Origin: Takakia lepidozioides
Lineage: Eukaryota; Plantae; Bryophyta
Assembly: GCA_030704615.1 (NCBI GenBank)
Contig: CM060732.1
Span: 28,520,001 to 28,584,000 of the forward strand
Direction of reading: 5' to 3'
Length of the DNA stretch: 64,000 bases
Shown in pieces: positions 48,598 through 62,023 of the stretch. How positions within the stretch are numbered: position 1 is the stretch's first letter; the number at the start of each line of letters is the position of its first letter. A program made the position numbers and the translations under genes. The notes below the pieces were generated by a model. The model was not told where the DNA came from. It did not search any database and was given only the letters and a program-made list of their open reading frames with translations.

Positions 48598-49875
48598 GGC
48601 CCATTCTCTACTTGTCTGTGAGGTTGATTCCGAAAGTGTGGCCCAAGAGAGTTGTGGGTTCACCCTCCTTCAGCCAGAACAATCCAGAGTCATTTCCCCA
48701 TGTGGGTACCAAGCCTATGGTGAATTTGGATATATCCCCAACCAGAAGGGCTTTGGTTTTAGACCAATTCACTCTGAAGCCGGAAACCTTGCAAAATTGC
48801 CCTAGTGTTTCTTCTGCAGCCTGAAGTGTAGATGGAAGAGTGTTGCAGTAGGATCATGACCCAATTACGGAATGTCTGGGGCATCCCTACCTTAGCCAGA
48901 ATGTCAAGAAGAAAGCCCCAATCTACTTTATCGAATGCCTTTTCAAAATCCAATAACCAGAGTGCCAGAGCCTGTCCTGATGCAGTTGCAAAGTAAGCTG
49001 CCTCATGAGCTAGCAGTACATTATCCAATATGTATCTCCCCTTAATGAAACCTATCTGACCCGTTCTAATCAGTGCGGGAAGGAGAGGCTGCAGACGGAG
49101 AGCCAGAGCCTTGGCAATTATTTTGTAGGCCACATTCAAAAGAGTGATTGGTCTATAGTTGTTAATGTCTGCCCTGTCTCCCATTTTGAACAAGAGAGTT
49201 ATTACCCCTTGGGCCATAGAGGAAGGCATGATCCCGTCAGATTTAATCCTATTGGCCATAGAGCAGAAGTCCTGGGAGATGTGAGGCCATATTGCCTTGT
49301 AGAACTCCACTGGCATGCCATCAATACCTGGGGCCTTTTTGTTATTCATTTTGTCTAAGGCCTTCCCGAGCTCAAGAAGAGTGAAATCAGCTTCTAGATC
49401 CTGAGACAGATGAGGCTGAAGTTTACGGGGCACAGCCGAGAGCACTTCATCCAAATAATCACGATGCTGGGGTTCCTTCGGATCCGCTTGGAAGAGTTTG
49501 GCAAAGTGGTTTGAACGCTGCCTCACTCATAATCTTAGGGTCGGAGGATTTAGTGCCTTGGTTATCCAAGTAGAGCTCATGAACCCTCTGGAGAGACCTT
49601 TTAAGTTTGACTTTCTCGAAGAAGTATTTAGACATTTTTTCACCTTTTGCTGACCAGTTGATGCTTGCTTGCATACGCATTTTTTGCTCTTGCTTGAGCT
49701 GGAACATGTCTAGGTTTTGGCGGGCTTCCAGGTAGGTTTGGAAGGTATGGTCATCGCATGTGTTGTTTTCTATTTGTTTCTGACATACATTCAGGCATTT
49801 TTTGAGGGCCAGAACACGTTCCTTCTGGGTAGCAGATATATCTCTACTCATGTCTTGGCTTGCCTTACATGCTAC
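48598..49875 (-). pseudogene. L1 ORF2 reverse transcriptase region (partly deleted)
   Basis: KAPGIDGMPVEFYK, NYRPITLLNVAYKIIAKALALRL, QIGFIKGRYILDN, LDFEKAFDKVDW, SGFRVNWSKT. The RQG/YADD segment is missing. Confidence 0.9.
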
Positions 49876-50684
49876 TCACAATATTTTATTGCATATCTCA
49901 TAATATAAAAATTCTAAGTAATACGAATAAACTAGAACACTATAGATTATACGTCCACATATTAGATCTAGTTGTTCTTTAAATATCATCAAATTATTAC
50001 GTTATAGTCCAACATTCTTAAAGACAAGGTCTCATCATATTTGAATTATGCAAATGACCCTAAACCCTCTACATATATATATCAGAAATTAGGTTGTGCC
50101 AATCTGAACTAAGTTGTGCCAACAACCTGGCGCTGCCTCCCTTAGTGGCGCCACTAACCTTGTTGGCGCCACCTCCCTTAGTGATGCCACCACCATTGTT
50201 TGTGCCCCGTGCCTTAGTGGCGCCATGAACCTTGTTGGCGCTGCCTGCCTTATTGGCGCCACGAACCTTAATGGCGCCACCTGCCTTAGTGGCGCCACCT
50301 ACGTTGTTGACGCCCATGTTGTCAACAAGTGGTGTGAACAACTAAGTTGATTTGTTGAGGGATGTGGTCATACGGTATTCCTTCGTATACCAAATGCCCG
50401 ACAAATCAAAGATGAAAGCATCTAAGCATAAATTCGAAGGATCTAAGAATCTATTAGAGAATATTCGCTGAACAAGTGGGATGAAGACATGGGCATTTGG
50501 TATTCCAACGCATACTGTTTGCCCACAAAATCAACCCTGGACAAATCATCTACAACCACTAGTGGTTGATTTGTCGAGGGTCCTAGATGATTTGTCGATG
50601 GTTGTAGATGATTTGTTGAGGTTCGTAGATGATTTGTCGAGGGTTGTAGATGATAGTAAAATTGTCGAGCATTTGGTATTCCAT
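49876..50684 (-). repeat. Right arm, outer part (pairs with 5812-~6493)
   Basis: TCACAATATTTTATTGCATATCTC... resumes the arm within ~10 bp of where it was interrupted at 26975. Confidence 0.95.
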
Positions 50685-51133
50685 AGGCTCTTTCGAAAGT
50701 GTTTGATGGCGTCAAACACATACTGTTTTTGAGCTCTGCACTACCATATATTGCGTACATTTCTTTCCCCTCTTCCATATCATGCGTCATGACATTATGA
50801 CTACAAAACTTTAAATGCGGTTGTCTGTACTCCTTCAAGCAATATCATAATAGTAGATATCTTTGGAGGGTTTCATCATACCACCCCCTTGAGACAAACT
50901 CCTAGATGTCCTATGTCTTTGGTCGATTTTATTTTTCCAACGACTTGGGTACATAAAATTAGCCAGAAAATTTATAATGTTTGTGACGTTCAAATTTAGG
51001 GTACAACGCCCAAAACCCTATTCTTGCTAGGGTTTAGAGTTTTTGTATTTGTCCCTCTCTTTCTCTCTCTCTCCCTTTCCCTTTCAACTTTTGCTTTGGC
51101 CCAGAGAGGAGAGTAGATTCAAGGGTCGGGACG

Positions 51134-54100
51134 ATGGCGCGGAATCCCAAGAAGAAGAAGGCGAAAGAATCCAAGGTAGTTGCCGAAACGAGCCGAGCGC
51201 CGACAACCCTCCAGCCCACCAAGGTACGTGGAGAGGGGTGTACTGATTGACCATCAGTCACCAGCTTATCCCAAAATTGCAGGATACAGCTGATGACTGT
51301 CCAGTAGCAAAGTAGCGAGTGTTGGGAGCACCCTTCCCTGGCTACTCGTCAGCTTCATTCCAACCCTGCAACAAGTGGTAAGAGGGGACTAACAAGTGGG
51401 TCCATGACGAGCAGGTGTGGCAGCCAGGTGTGGATGGGATGGAGGATGGTGAGCAGCTGCAATTTGACCCAACTGCATATAATTGCTTGCATGCATTCCA
51501 CCTCGGTTGGCCTTGTCTCAGGTACGCATCTGCTTCCTCAGGTATGCATTTCATTTCTGAAAAAAGAAGCTATGTGTGCATGACAATCAGTCCCTGTCAG
51601 TGCATATGCATTCATGGGTCTACGTACATCTCGTGGTGACAAGTCTATTGCTTCCTTATTCTATGTGAGTATATTTCTTAGTGACTCTCTGTCTAGCAAG
51701 GCAGAAGGAGGAAATCTCTCCTCCTGGACTATTTTGGTCAGATTTGACGCAGTAGTTCTACTAGTGAAGTGGTTGAATAATTCAGAGGAATTCAAGAGCT
51801 CACGTTATATCAGTTCAATTCTGCAAACTCGGTTTATTGTTTGATTCATGTTTACTGTCATCAAATTAAAATTGAAACCTGTAGCTCAGCAAGAGTTCAA
51901 AGGAAGGTGGATATTCTGACGGGTGCAGCTTTGACATCATGCGCGATTCCTTAGGGCTTTTGCGAAAAGATTTTCCTCACTCGCTCTTCTGTGTAGCAGG
52001 CACTCAGGTTTACACACCTGCCTTTGAAATAGTAAAACCCTCCAATTACGAGTATGGATATACTGTAGAATGCTAGCAGCAGTTGCGAGTTGCTTGTGTG
52101 TAATTGGTAGCACCTTATCTCTGCCAAAAGTGGCATTCGAAAAAAAATCCACCTTATGCCTCTGCAGTTTCTGGATACTGCCTCTAGTCGGTACCTCTTG
52201 CAGAATAGTCTCTGGTAGTCACCAACTGCTTTTGTTGACAATGCAACCTTGGGGAATTATCCGCCTTGGAGCCTTCAGAGGTATTTTCCTTGTCTATTCC
52301 CACTCTTGTAGATACTGGAAGGTGCACTTCACTAGTTGACAGGCTGCCACTGGCATGCTCTCTGTCAGAGTTCCTGAGTAGAGAGCCAGTAATTTGAGAC
52401 TGTAGTACCAGGTAGTAGGAGATATGTGAAATGAAAAAATTCAATTTCTGGATTTTTAGGCGGATATGCCTGGGAGCAATGCATTGGCGGTGGTACGATT
52501 GTCAAACATATCCGGCCAACGGCGCAAGCTCAGGTCTGAGGACATGGAGGAAAATGAGAGTGAGAGTGAGAGCGAAAGCAGTAGTGAGGACGAAGATGAC
52601 ATGGATGCCCAACCTGACCTTCCAGCTCAGTCAAAACAACCTTCTCTGCAGGTCTGTTTCCAAAAGAGACTCACTTTTCAGCACTTCGATTTGAAATTTC
52701 AACTAGCGAGTCCACTCAATACCTTCCAACAAGGATTACTTCTACAGTTTGCTTTCTCAGGACAAGTTTCAGGTCCTACTTCATAATTCTCATGCTAAAG
52801 TATACATACTTACCATGTTGATTAGCCTTGCCTGAGTTTTCCTGCTACTTCCGCAAAAAGTGGCACAAACTCGGCAGATTTGGACCATGGTATGCCGATG
52901 AATTTGAGCATAATTTTCTGATTAACCCACTGTCCCGAGCTGATGAAGTCAGTGGGGAGTGGTCACTCACTTGTCACTTGGGACTGGTCGCTGCCTCAGA
53001 TAGTGGAGTTGATGGTCCAAGACTCTGTGACTGACAGCGCAATGTTCCAACTGCTCTGTGTGTTGTGCTTGTTGAGGCTTTAACTTGGACTGGTGCAACA
53101 TCTGTTTGCTTATATTGACTGTATGTAAATAGATGACTGCTCCAGGGGGGAATTAAGCTGGAAGTTGTCTTTGCCTACCATCTGTCATGCTTACGATCCG
53201 TCATTTGACATATTGTAGGCAAGTGGTCAGGCAATCTGGACACACTGTAGGTACTCCTGGCTTCACCACTTTTAAGGAAGTGTCCGCATCCATCATTTAT
53301 GTGTCTGCAGTTGTCCCAGGTCCCTTCCCCTGCCTGATTGCCCATTGGAGCGCACTCATAGGGTGAAAGGTCATGCACTTTTCCGCAAATCATCTTTGCT
53401 CATGGTGAATCTGTGTGGTTCCTGTAGGTACGGTTAGTGGCGCATCAAGGCTGTGTGAATAGAGTGCGTGCCATGCAGCAGCAGCCCCATGTTGTAGCAT
53501 CCTGGGGTGACTCTGGCTATGTCCAGGTACTGCCCTTCATTCTTCTCTTTCTCTTCAGGTCGGCCAATTTGCTAGGCTTACTATTTTTAAACACTAGTGG
53601 ACTCGTATAGGAAATGTTCTTCCAGTCCAACAGAAGGGATATCTTAATCGCCATTGCTGCAGGTTAACAATTTCAGTGGGGCACTCCTATTCACATATTT
53701 CACTTCATGATCTTAGGAACCACAAATGACATTTAATTTCAAGAATGCTTTCATTCGGAAAACTCATATGCCAAGACAATAACATTGGTGACCAATTGAA
53801 AGAAACATCAAGGCAGAAGAGGTCAGGCAAGAACGAGAAAGCAAGAAGAGCAGCAACAAGAATGCAAGGAGCCATACAGAAGAATGCTTGAATAGGGCTG
53901 CTTTACACATTTGGCCACATTAGCACTTCTACCTTGTTGTATTTTGTCATTTACGTGTTCTAGAACCTACCATCATGAGGTTTCTTTGCCAAGTCGGCTC
54001 CCCAAATTGTCTGTCAGTACTGTTCCACATTAATCCCTTTTACATTGCCATCTAACCATGACGTGTCAAATATGTGAAAAAGGATCGCCAAGGGTGGATA

Positions 54101-57100
54101 TCTCATTGGACTATTTTTAGTTTTTCTTAAACTTGCGATACATATATCCACAGCTAACAATGTCCCGTTGGCGCAAGGCAAGCTAACTCTATGTGTTCTC
54201 CAACTTGGCCGTGATAATTGAGTGGCGAATGAGTCACAGAACTGACAACTTTGATACTACACTTTGAATCCTACCACAGCCCTTTGCATTCCAAAGTCTA
54301 CAAGCACATAGAGTTCTACCCTTCTAAAACTTGTACTGGGCAGGTATGGGATATGGGCGCACATGTTGGTTCGCTATCGGCTGGGGTTGCAGAGCCCAGC
54401 TCAGGTCCCCGCAACACAGTACACCAGGCACCCCTGCAGATTTTTACAGGTCATAAGGATGAGGGGTTTGCCCTTGATTGGAGCCCAATGACCCCGGGCC
54501 GTCTTCTGTCTGGTAAACTTTGATTTTCCTCTTTGATCTGATGTCTCTTTGTACTTCTGGAAGTATATACCTTACTATTTGGGAGAGACTACATACTGAC
54601 ATATGAAGTCAGTATTCTGTCATTCTGTTAGGCACTCGTCAGTCTGCTCTGCCCTGGTTGAGCTGAGCCAAGTCAACACCGATTTTTCTTGCGTTGTTAT
54701 GGTGCTCTTCTTTCCTATTGACTACTAACACAGGCCTCCATGACTTCTCAAAGAATAACAATTCATGTAAATATCAACCACGTGGGTTCCAGGCATACAT
54801 CAAGCTCATTGGTTCTATAGAGATCAAGCAGGATTTGTTTCAAGGCAAGGGATGGCTTACTGATTGTTGCTTCTCTCAGGCGATTGCAGGAAGGCAATCC
54901 ACTTGTGGGAGCCGACGTCTGGAGGCAAGTGGACGGTGGAGAAAACCCCCTATCAAGGTCATTCTGCCAGTGTTGAAGACTTGCAGGTATTCTTGCTTAC
55001 CTGGACTGCCTTCATACACACAGGAAAACAGAGAGAGAGAGAGAGACGTATTTTTGTCACCCAAAAATTACAAAGAGATAGACTCTCTAATTGCTGACCC
55101 AGATTTGTCAGCATTTCTTGGTTTGCCAGGGATATGATCAATGTTCTTGTTGCTCTCCCTATTCCTTGCACCCAAAAGAGGGAGAAGAGAAAAGTGTGTA
55201 CCGTTTCCCTGTGAGTGATTGCTATGATATTCCCTATAGAGAAGGATTATAACAACCATTGATAGACGGTTTCGATTGACATGTGGGGACCAGTGGAGTC
55301 CAACGGAGGCTGATGTGTTCGCTTCATGCTCTGTGGATAAGACTCTCCGTATCTGGGATACACGCAGACGTGATCAGTCAGCAATCTCCATTAAGGCACA
55401 TGATGCTGATGTCAACGTCATTTCGTGGAACAGGTGCTGACCAATTTTCTGTTGAAATTAAGTTTTGGTGCGTGAAGGAAGACCTGAGCTCTCTGAGCTT
55501 GGCAGAAGTCTAATAAGTCATTTTCCCGAGTCCCCCTCTCAGTGACACTCGCTCTCTCCACTCATGTCATGTTCATTACCAACTCAAGTAAAGCTTCATT
55601 GGCATGTGGGCCATCTTTTGGCTGGCAGAGACCCAGGGCAGTTCCAAGTCGTTTAATCAGGGCATTTAATCAGGGTAATCCAGCTGTGTCAATGACTGCA
55701 AAGCTGCAGTATGTATGTATGGTAGACCTTCTGAAACTGGAGTAACATTATCTCAATAGCTACTGGCCTAAGTGACTAGGGTAGGTCTCTGATTAGCTTT
55801 GAACCAGCCATAACTTCCTGTGGTTAACTCAGTCCCACATGATCATTGCAATTTGCCCCAGATCCAATGTGGTGCTCAGAAGTTTCTTTCCCCAAGAATT
55901 TCTGGGTGTTCTTCTCAAAAAAGTCAACAGATATTTGTCAGGGCCAATGGGTTGAGGGCAAGTCTCCTGCCCATCCATGATTCAGGTGCCAGTGCCTCTA
56001 TGGAGGAACACCCAGAAGCTCTGTTTTGAGTTGGGCTCCATTCACTTGATGGGCAGGCATTCCGTGGTTGGATTGGATGAAAATTTGTGAAATTTGGACA
56101 GAGTTTCCAATGTGGTTGGGCTGCAGTGGTGCAAAAAGGGTGTGAAATGACCCAGCAGGATTCTAGATCAGCCATGGGTATCCATCTTTTGGATATCCAA
56201 AGGTTCTGAGTTTTGTGCTCCAGTCACACATTATCTGTCAACTGCAATAGTCAATCAGGCTGAAATCTAGACAGATAGCAGATAATGGTACTAGCAACAT
56301 GTTGAACCTAGTGGATGAATACTGGAAAAATTGTTTCAGGAGTTAGGGTGCAAACAGTTGTTGGTTTTGGGGCTTGTTGGTCAGAAACTGCTTAGGCAGT
56401 CAAAGGTGAAGGACTGATGGAGTGGGGTTTGGCATTGAGGGACAGGTTAGCCAGTTGCATGATTGCAACAGGCTGTGATGATGGCACTTTCCGCATCTGG
56501 GATCTTCGGTCTCTCAAGGTTTCGGTCTCACTCACAAAACTTGGCAGTGATTATTATCATCCTTTCTAACAAATTGGGTACTGTGCTGAAGGAATGAATG
56601 CACATGAGGGATGGCACAAATGGGTGCTAGAATTGTCATGTATGTTTTGCAACACATCCTCCCAATGAGAATTTGTTGAACTAACCCTGGTCATTACTGC
56701 AAATCAATCCAAATTAAGACTGCCGGATGTAGGACAACTAATTGGTGTCAGAAAGCCCAAAAGTCGTTAACCCTGCAAGCCTGTGTTCATATTCTTACAG
56801 AGGAACTGGACTGGAATGGGTACAGGACGATGCATTTGTGGCACATTTCAAGTACCACAAAGGGCCTATCACATCCATAGAGTGGAGCCCACACGAGGCA
56901 TCGACGATTGCAGCCACCTCAGCAGATCACCAGCTAACGTACTGACCTGCTCTCCCATTTGTTGCTTCCACCTTGCCGCACTCAGTGTTTGGCTCATGCA
57001 TGCTGTGTGTGGTCTCTCTCATAGCCCATTTGTTAGGGCACTTCAACCAAAGTGTAGGTCGTTCTGGGGCACAAATCCATGTTTGCATTTGTTGGAAACG

Positions 57101-58183
57101 CTTTACCAAGTCTTAATACCCAGGGGCTTCGGGGTTTCTTTGGGAAGCCATGAGCATTGCAATCAGCTGTTCCGGGATGGCGGGTCAGTGAGCTGATGAA
57201 AGTTTGGGTCGGATGTGGTGGACACAGGATATGGGACTTGGCATTAGAGGCTGATGCAGAAGAAGAGGTGCAGTATCAGGCTCAGCTCAAAAAGCAGCAA
57301 GCCCAGGCTCCTGACGATTTACCTCCCCAATTGCTCTTTGTTCACCAGGTACGCTTGTGCTCCCTTATCCTTTCTAGTTGATTTCTGTTTTTCATAATTT
57401 GATGCCAGGATAAGTGCAAGAGGTCAGTATTCTCCAGTCTATACTAGAAAGTGTACATTAGGCTATATGCAGGATGCTTTGCAGCTCGTTGCCACGTATG
57501 ACTTCGGGTAAAAGCTACAATATGCCAGGATAAGTGCAAGAGGTCAGTATTCTCCACGGTCTATACTAGAAAGTGTACGTTAGGCTATATTCAGGATGCT
57601 TTGCAGCTCGTTGCCACGTATGACTTCGGGTAAAAGCTACAATAGCTGTACCCAAATTAAGATTTTGATTTCTGGTATGTATAACAAGGCAGCCTGCAAA
57701 TTACCTTTGTGTATCAGTCTGTAATGGATGTCCTTCAATTCTGTAACCGGATTTTGGTGAGTTACTTTCAAGCCGGGCAATCTCAGGATAATAGAGCTCC
57801 CCAAGCAACAATAGAATGAACCCACTGGTGACTACTCTACAGCAGATGAGCTTCTCGCAGTCTGAAACTCTGCCAGGTGGCGACCACAGTCACTTGAGAT
57901 TATTCTTTGCATGGAACCATGCCCTCAAGAGTTTGTTGTGCCTGACACTAAGGAGGAATGCTGCCTCTTGCTTGCTTCCTCACTCCTCTCATGCAGCTCA
58001 GGCCATAGGATACTGAATCTGGCTGTTATTTCACCGGAGTTTCAGGGACAAAATGATTTGAAGGAAGGCCATTGGCATCCACAAATCGAGGGCTTGCTCA
58101 TATCGACAGCTGCGGATGGCTTCAATGTCTTGTCGCCATCAAATTTGGACCATATAGATGGGAAAAATGGAAGAATGCACTAG
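51134..58183 (+). CDS. GRWD1: Glutamate-rich WD repeat protein 1 (RRB1/HTD1-like), ~12 exons
   Basis: [11 protein letters not shown].. | [29 protein letters not shown] | acidic tract | [11 protein letters not shown] | [13 protein letters not shown] | [13 protein letters not shown] | [12 protein letters not shown] | PPQLLFVHQ | [22 protein letters not shown], with GT-AG junctions. Confidence 0.93.
57402..57643. repeat. Two-copy ~120-bp tandem duplication in the last GRWD1 intron
   Basis: ATGCCAGGATAAGTGCAAG...AAAAGCTACAAT at 57402 and 57522. Confidence 0.9.
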
Positions 58184-59189
58184 TTGGGGCACATGTAGAG
58201 GATCTTAGTGTTTAGTGCATAGTATTGAATGTTGCTGACTTAATCTGGAGATGAACTAAAGCTATGTTTTTGGATGCAAGTGTGCATACCTTTTCAAGGA
58301 GTTTGTATATAGAGCCATGTTATGGCCAACTGTATCCTCAAGCCTGCGTAAACCCTATCCTTTGGTGGAAGGGCAATGAGGGGAGAGGGGCTTGCCAACT
58401 TCTGCCTATCCTTATTTCTTGTTGCAGACCATCTTTTCATGAATTGTTGCTGGTTGTGAGGCTATGTTGGAAGCATGCCTGATACAGTAGGCTGCATTTA
58501 CACAACTCTAGTTGATCGTCAGCAATTCTGGAGTTCATGTCTGCTAATGATTGACCGAGTGGGGTCAGCCCTGGGTGAGTGTCTAGCTACTAAGGGTGCA
58601 TGAAACCGATGATTTGCAGGGGGTATAGTCTGGTGTGTAGTATACTGCAATGCTCACAACGTTTTGGTGGAGAAAGTGTAGCTGTGAGGATGTATCTCAT
58701 AGTCGATGCACAGTAAGAACTAGGCAACATCTCCCATCTATATCTTAGCCGATACCCAACCCAACCAAAGCTGGAATTCTGTAATCGGATTCTGAGAACT
58801 GTGGAACAGCACCTATTTTCTGGTGCTTCATGATTTTGTAGAGCACTACATTCACTTCAAAAATTATCAAGTGGGGTCCCTTCGCGGGTGGAGATCTAGG
58901 CTGTCGGATCTGCGAAGGGGTGATAAAGACACTGAAGTAAATGGGAAACAAAATAAAGATGTCACGAGAAACACCCATTTACACATAAGTAACTCAAAGA
59001 CCTCCCATGCTCGCATCTTTCGGTTATTTTGTCTATGAATTCCAAGTTCGGCGGCATGGGCCATCAGGACCTTGAGATATTCCTCCTTTTCATCTCGGTT
59101 TCTCGGCCACGGATAGTCATGGCATCTAAAGAATTTAACTGCAGGATCCTGGTAGAAGGTATCATTTGGACTACCAAAAGGATTTAGTT

Positions 59190-59620
59190 CATTGAATAGC
59201 CATGTGTCAATCTTTGATTGCCTCAACATCTCAAGATGAGGCTTCAGATGACCCATTAAAAAATCACCCTTGTATCGAGTGCTTCATATTTAGGGAGGAA
59301 GATGACCAGCCTTAGAGGATTGAGGTAAGACTTGTACATGTTGTTAACTCTGTTAAAGCCCGGGTCCACAAAGATGTCGTAAAGTGGTTTAAGACATATG
59401 GTGGTCCTAGGAGCCTTAGGCCATGAGTCGTTGAACGTCAGTTCTCCTCGCTACTGTAATGCATGCTTGAGGGCGTTCTTCCCGACAAGGCTGATTTGAA
59501 ATCCATGAAATCCATGACCGTCTCTTCTGTTCCAGCGTTCCAAAGGATGATAATGAACTTCTTGACGACCCAATTGAGGAAGTCTCCCACCCCATGCCGC
59601 ATCGCTAGCTTAAATCTTCC
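59190..59620 (-). pseudogene. Degraded FCP1/NIF (HAD-like) phosphatase-domain sequence
   Basis: AMRHGVGDFLNWVVKKFIIILWNAGTEE resembles KRPG..EFL....FE..vWtA. Also CLKPLYDIF...YKSYLNPLRLVIFLPKY...DFLMGHLKPHLEML. Frameshifted. Confidence 0.45.
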
Positions 59621-61050
59621 AGCTGGCTGCAGAGCAACTACAGGAGTTGGATCTAGAAGATGGAGATCCTACTTTGTGTGAAGGGCTTCTGGTCAACACA
59701 AGGCTGCATAGCGGGAGGTATTAGGCTAAGTTTGGAGATTCCCATGCTCAAATACATGAAGGTTCAATTTAAGAACCTGAAACTTTAAGGGTAGGTTTCT
59801 ACCAACCAGGCACCGTACATGTATCATGCAGTTGGTTGCATATCCATGGATCTAGATCTTGCACGTCTTGTCCTCGGGAAAAAGCGGCATGGAGATGCAT
59901 TCCATGTCCGGTTAAGTGAACAGTAGTAATTGAAGGCTCCTTGCTAAGTTTATTGTGAACATTGCATTGTGGCACCAAACTAATTGCATAATTATCCCGA
60001 GCTGGCATGTTCTACTGTAGTTCAACATTCAAACATGACTGTCGAAGAAATAGCTCGGCACCTAGGGTCCCAATCTTGGCTCTTAGAGCGGATGAGAGTC
60101 TGAGACTCAAATGATCAGGACTGTTGAAAGCACACTTTTCATGTTGATGTTGCCTAGGGTATGCTGCAACAGGAGGAGAATGAATCGGGACGCGGGCTTG
60201 CTCCGGCCACTTGAAGCAACCTTCGCCTCCATTGTGCGCAGAGAGTACAGGTTCCGTTCTCAAAACTAAGATTGCACTCTTTGGAGGAACACTTCACGTC
60301 GACCAGCTCCCAAATTCAGGGCTGTTTCAGCGGATCTCAAGTGAGAAGGAAAATCTTGAACCATTTCCACCAACGCCGCCTGGAAAAGCTCACAAACATA
60401 ATCGTGACTGCAAAGAACAAACCAAAGCATGTTCATGCTTAGTTCATGCAATTGATATCAAGCTCAAAGGGAGAAAAGGAGGACCCGACATGCAAGCGGA
60501 AGGTAGCCAGTATTTACAGGATTCATGATCACACGCTCGGCTGATGCCTACATCACTAACTTCCCCAAAACGTCTAGCACATGCTTCAATGTTCCGCACC
60601 CTCGCATGCAACGCATTCGCACCCCCGATTTGCCACACGATCGCTCCAGCAAGAATAGAAGATTGTATATGCATATCGTGCACTCTCTGATCAGCATCTA
60701 GAAAGATCGGTGCAGGTGTTAGTAAGCTTGGTGCGCTTGTCTGCCTCCATGATCTCTCCGGACCTCTGTGAAAAATACAAGCTGATATGCAACACGCTAA
60801 TTCTACACACTTGTGGTCTTGTGACGCTCAAGTCCGGAGCCCAACAACTGTAGAGCCCCGATGGGAGTGCGTCACCCCACTTGGGTGCTTGCCCTCTCGG
60901 CGCATGGATGGTCCACCGTCTTGCACTCCACGCCACACAAGTCTAACTTAACAAGCTCGCTGCCACAAGACAACCGAAATAAAAAGGACCCCGCGCGGTA
61001 CATACTGAACGAAACTTAACCGAGGGCGGAGGAAAACGAGAAGTAGGCAC

Positions 61051-61678
61051 CAGTGTTGGACTGGTATACCGATAAGAAATTGGTATCAATACTGGTATGT
61101 ATACTGGTATGAAGTACCAGACCAGTCTGGTATCGCCTCATGCCACTACCTAGCATATATCCGTATTGGCCTGGTATGTGCTTCCTAATACTGTGGACGA
61201 TACCCTACCAGTCTGGTAGGTGGTTGAAAATCTGGTACTTGGTACCAGTACCAGGTCCATTTTTGTCAGGAAAACCTAGGTATCAATATCGACGGCGCAG
61301 TATGCACTATGCACGATATGGATGCAGCTTTCAATAAGCAAAATAAAAACCAGGCCGGAAGATGAAATATGTGAAGCTGGATATTTTGAGGAATAATATC
61401 AATGAGTAACATGCTTGTACATATTTATATGAGAAGTGAGAGTTTTTTTGATATTACCAGTATTACCAGTATTGATATTACCCTGGTATCGATTTCTAAA
61501 AACTCTTGCTATTGATACCCGTAAAACACCATACTAATCATGTATTATTGATACCACCATGGTATCAAAATCTTAGATTTTGGCCAATACCAGTACCTTC
61601 CTAGTATCACAATTGGACGGAGGCCTATATACCAGTACCAGTCTGGTGTGTTCAAAATACGATACTAGTCCAACAATG
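61051..61678. mobile_element. Non-autonomous hAT element (MITE-like)
   Basis: TIRs CAGTGTTGGACTGGTAT / ATACTAGTCCAACAATG, 8-bp TSD GTAGGCAC, dense subterminal CTGGTA/TACCAG motifs. Confidence 0.88.
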
Positions 61679-61967
61679 GTAGGCACTGATGGGGCAATGA
61701 GATCTTTTATTCTTAATATTTTGAGAATAGAGCGACCGCCAGTACAACGGTCGCTTTTAATTTTTATATTTTTAAGTTTAAGCGACCACCGGTGTGACGG
61801 TCATTTATTTTTATTTATTTTTGTTTATATATATATATATATAATGGTAGGCACTGATGGGGCAATGAGATCTTTTATTCTTAATATTTTGAGAATAGAG
61901 CGACCGCCAGTACAACGGTCGCTTTAATTTTTATATTTTTAAGTTTAAGCGACCACCGGTGTGACGG

Positions 61968-62022
<55 letters not shown>
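61675..62022. repeat. Tandem duplication (period 168 bp) ending in a (TA)n microsatellite
   Basis: AATGGTAGGCACTGATGGGG... at 61675 and 61843; (TA)n at ~61970-62022. Confidence 0.9.

Positions 62023-62023
<1 letters not shown>

Larger units (their letters stand above)
26976..49875 (-). mobile_element. 5'-truncated L1-clade LINE, split by the Mutator-like element
   Basis: Poly(T) 26976-27005 and TTTATT (AATAAA on minus) at 27031. ORF2 pieces at 48598-49875 and 27415-29303 join in frame across the insertion (..RMGPTL|TALKRQPAYW..). Confidence 0.9.
5812..50684. mobile_element. Giant foldback (long inverted-arm) element, ~22 kb net of nested insertions
   Basis: Termini ATGGAATACCAAATGCTCGACAA / TTGTCGAGCATTTGGTATTCCAT. 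Direct repeat AGGCTCTT at 5804-5811 and 50685-50692. The ORF track is mirrored across the centre. Confidence 0.8.

Noticed and set aside
50069-50350. GGATK-repeat protein (also 6126-6323)
   Set aside because: Translation of the 18-bp subterminal array; no evidence of coding.
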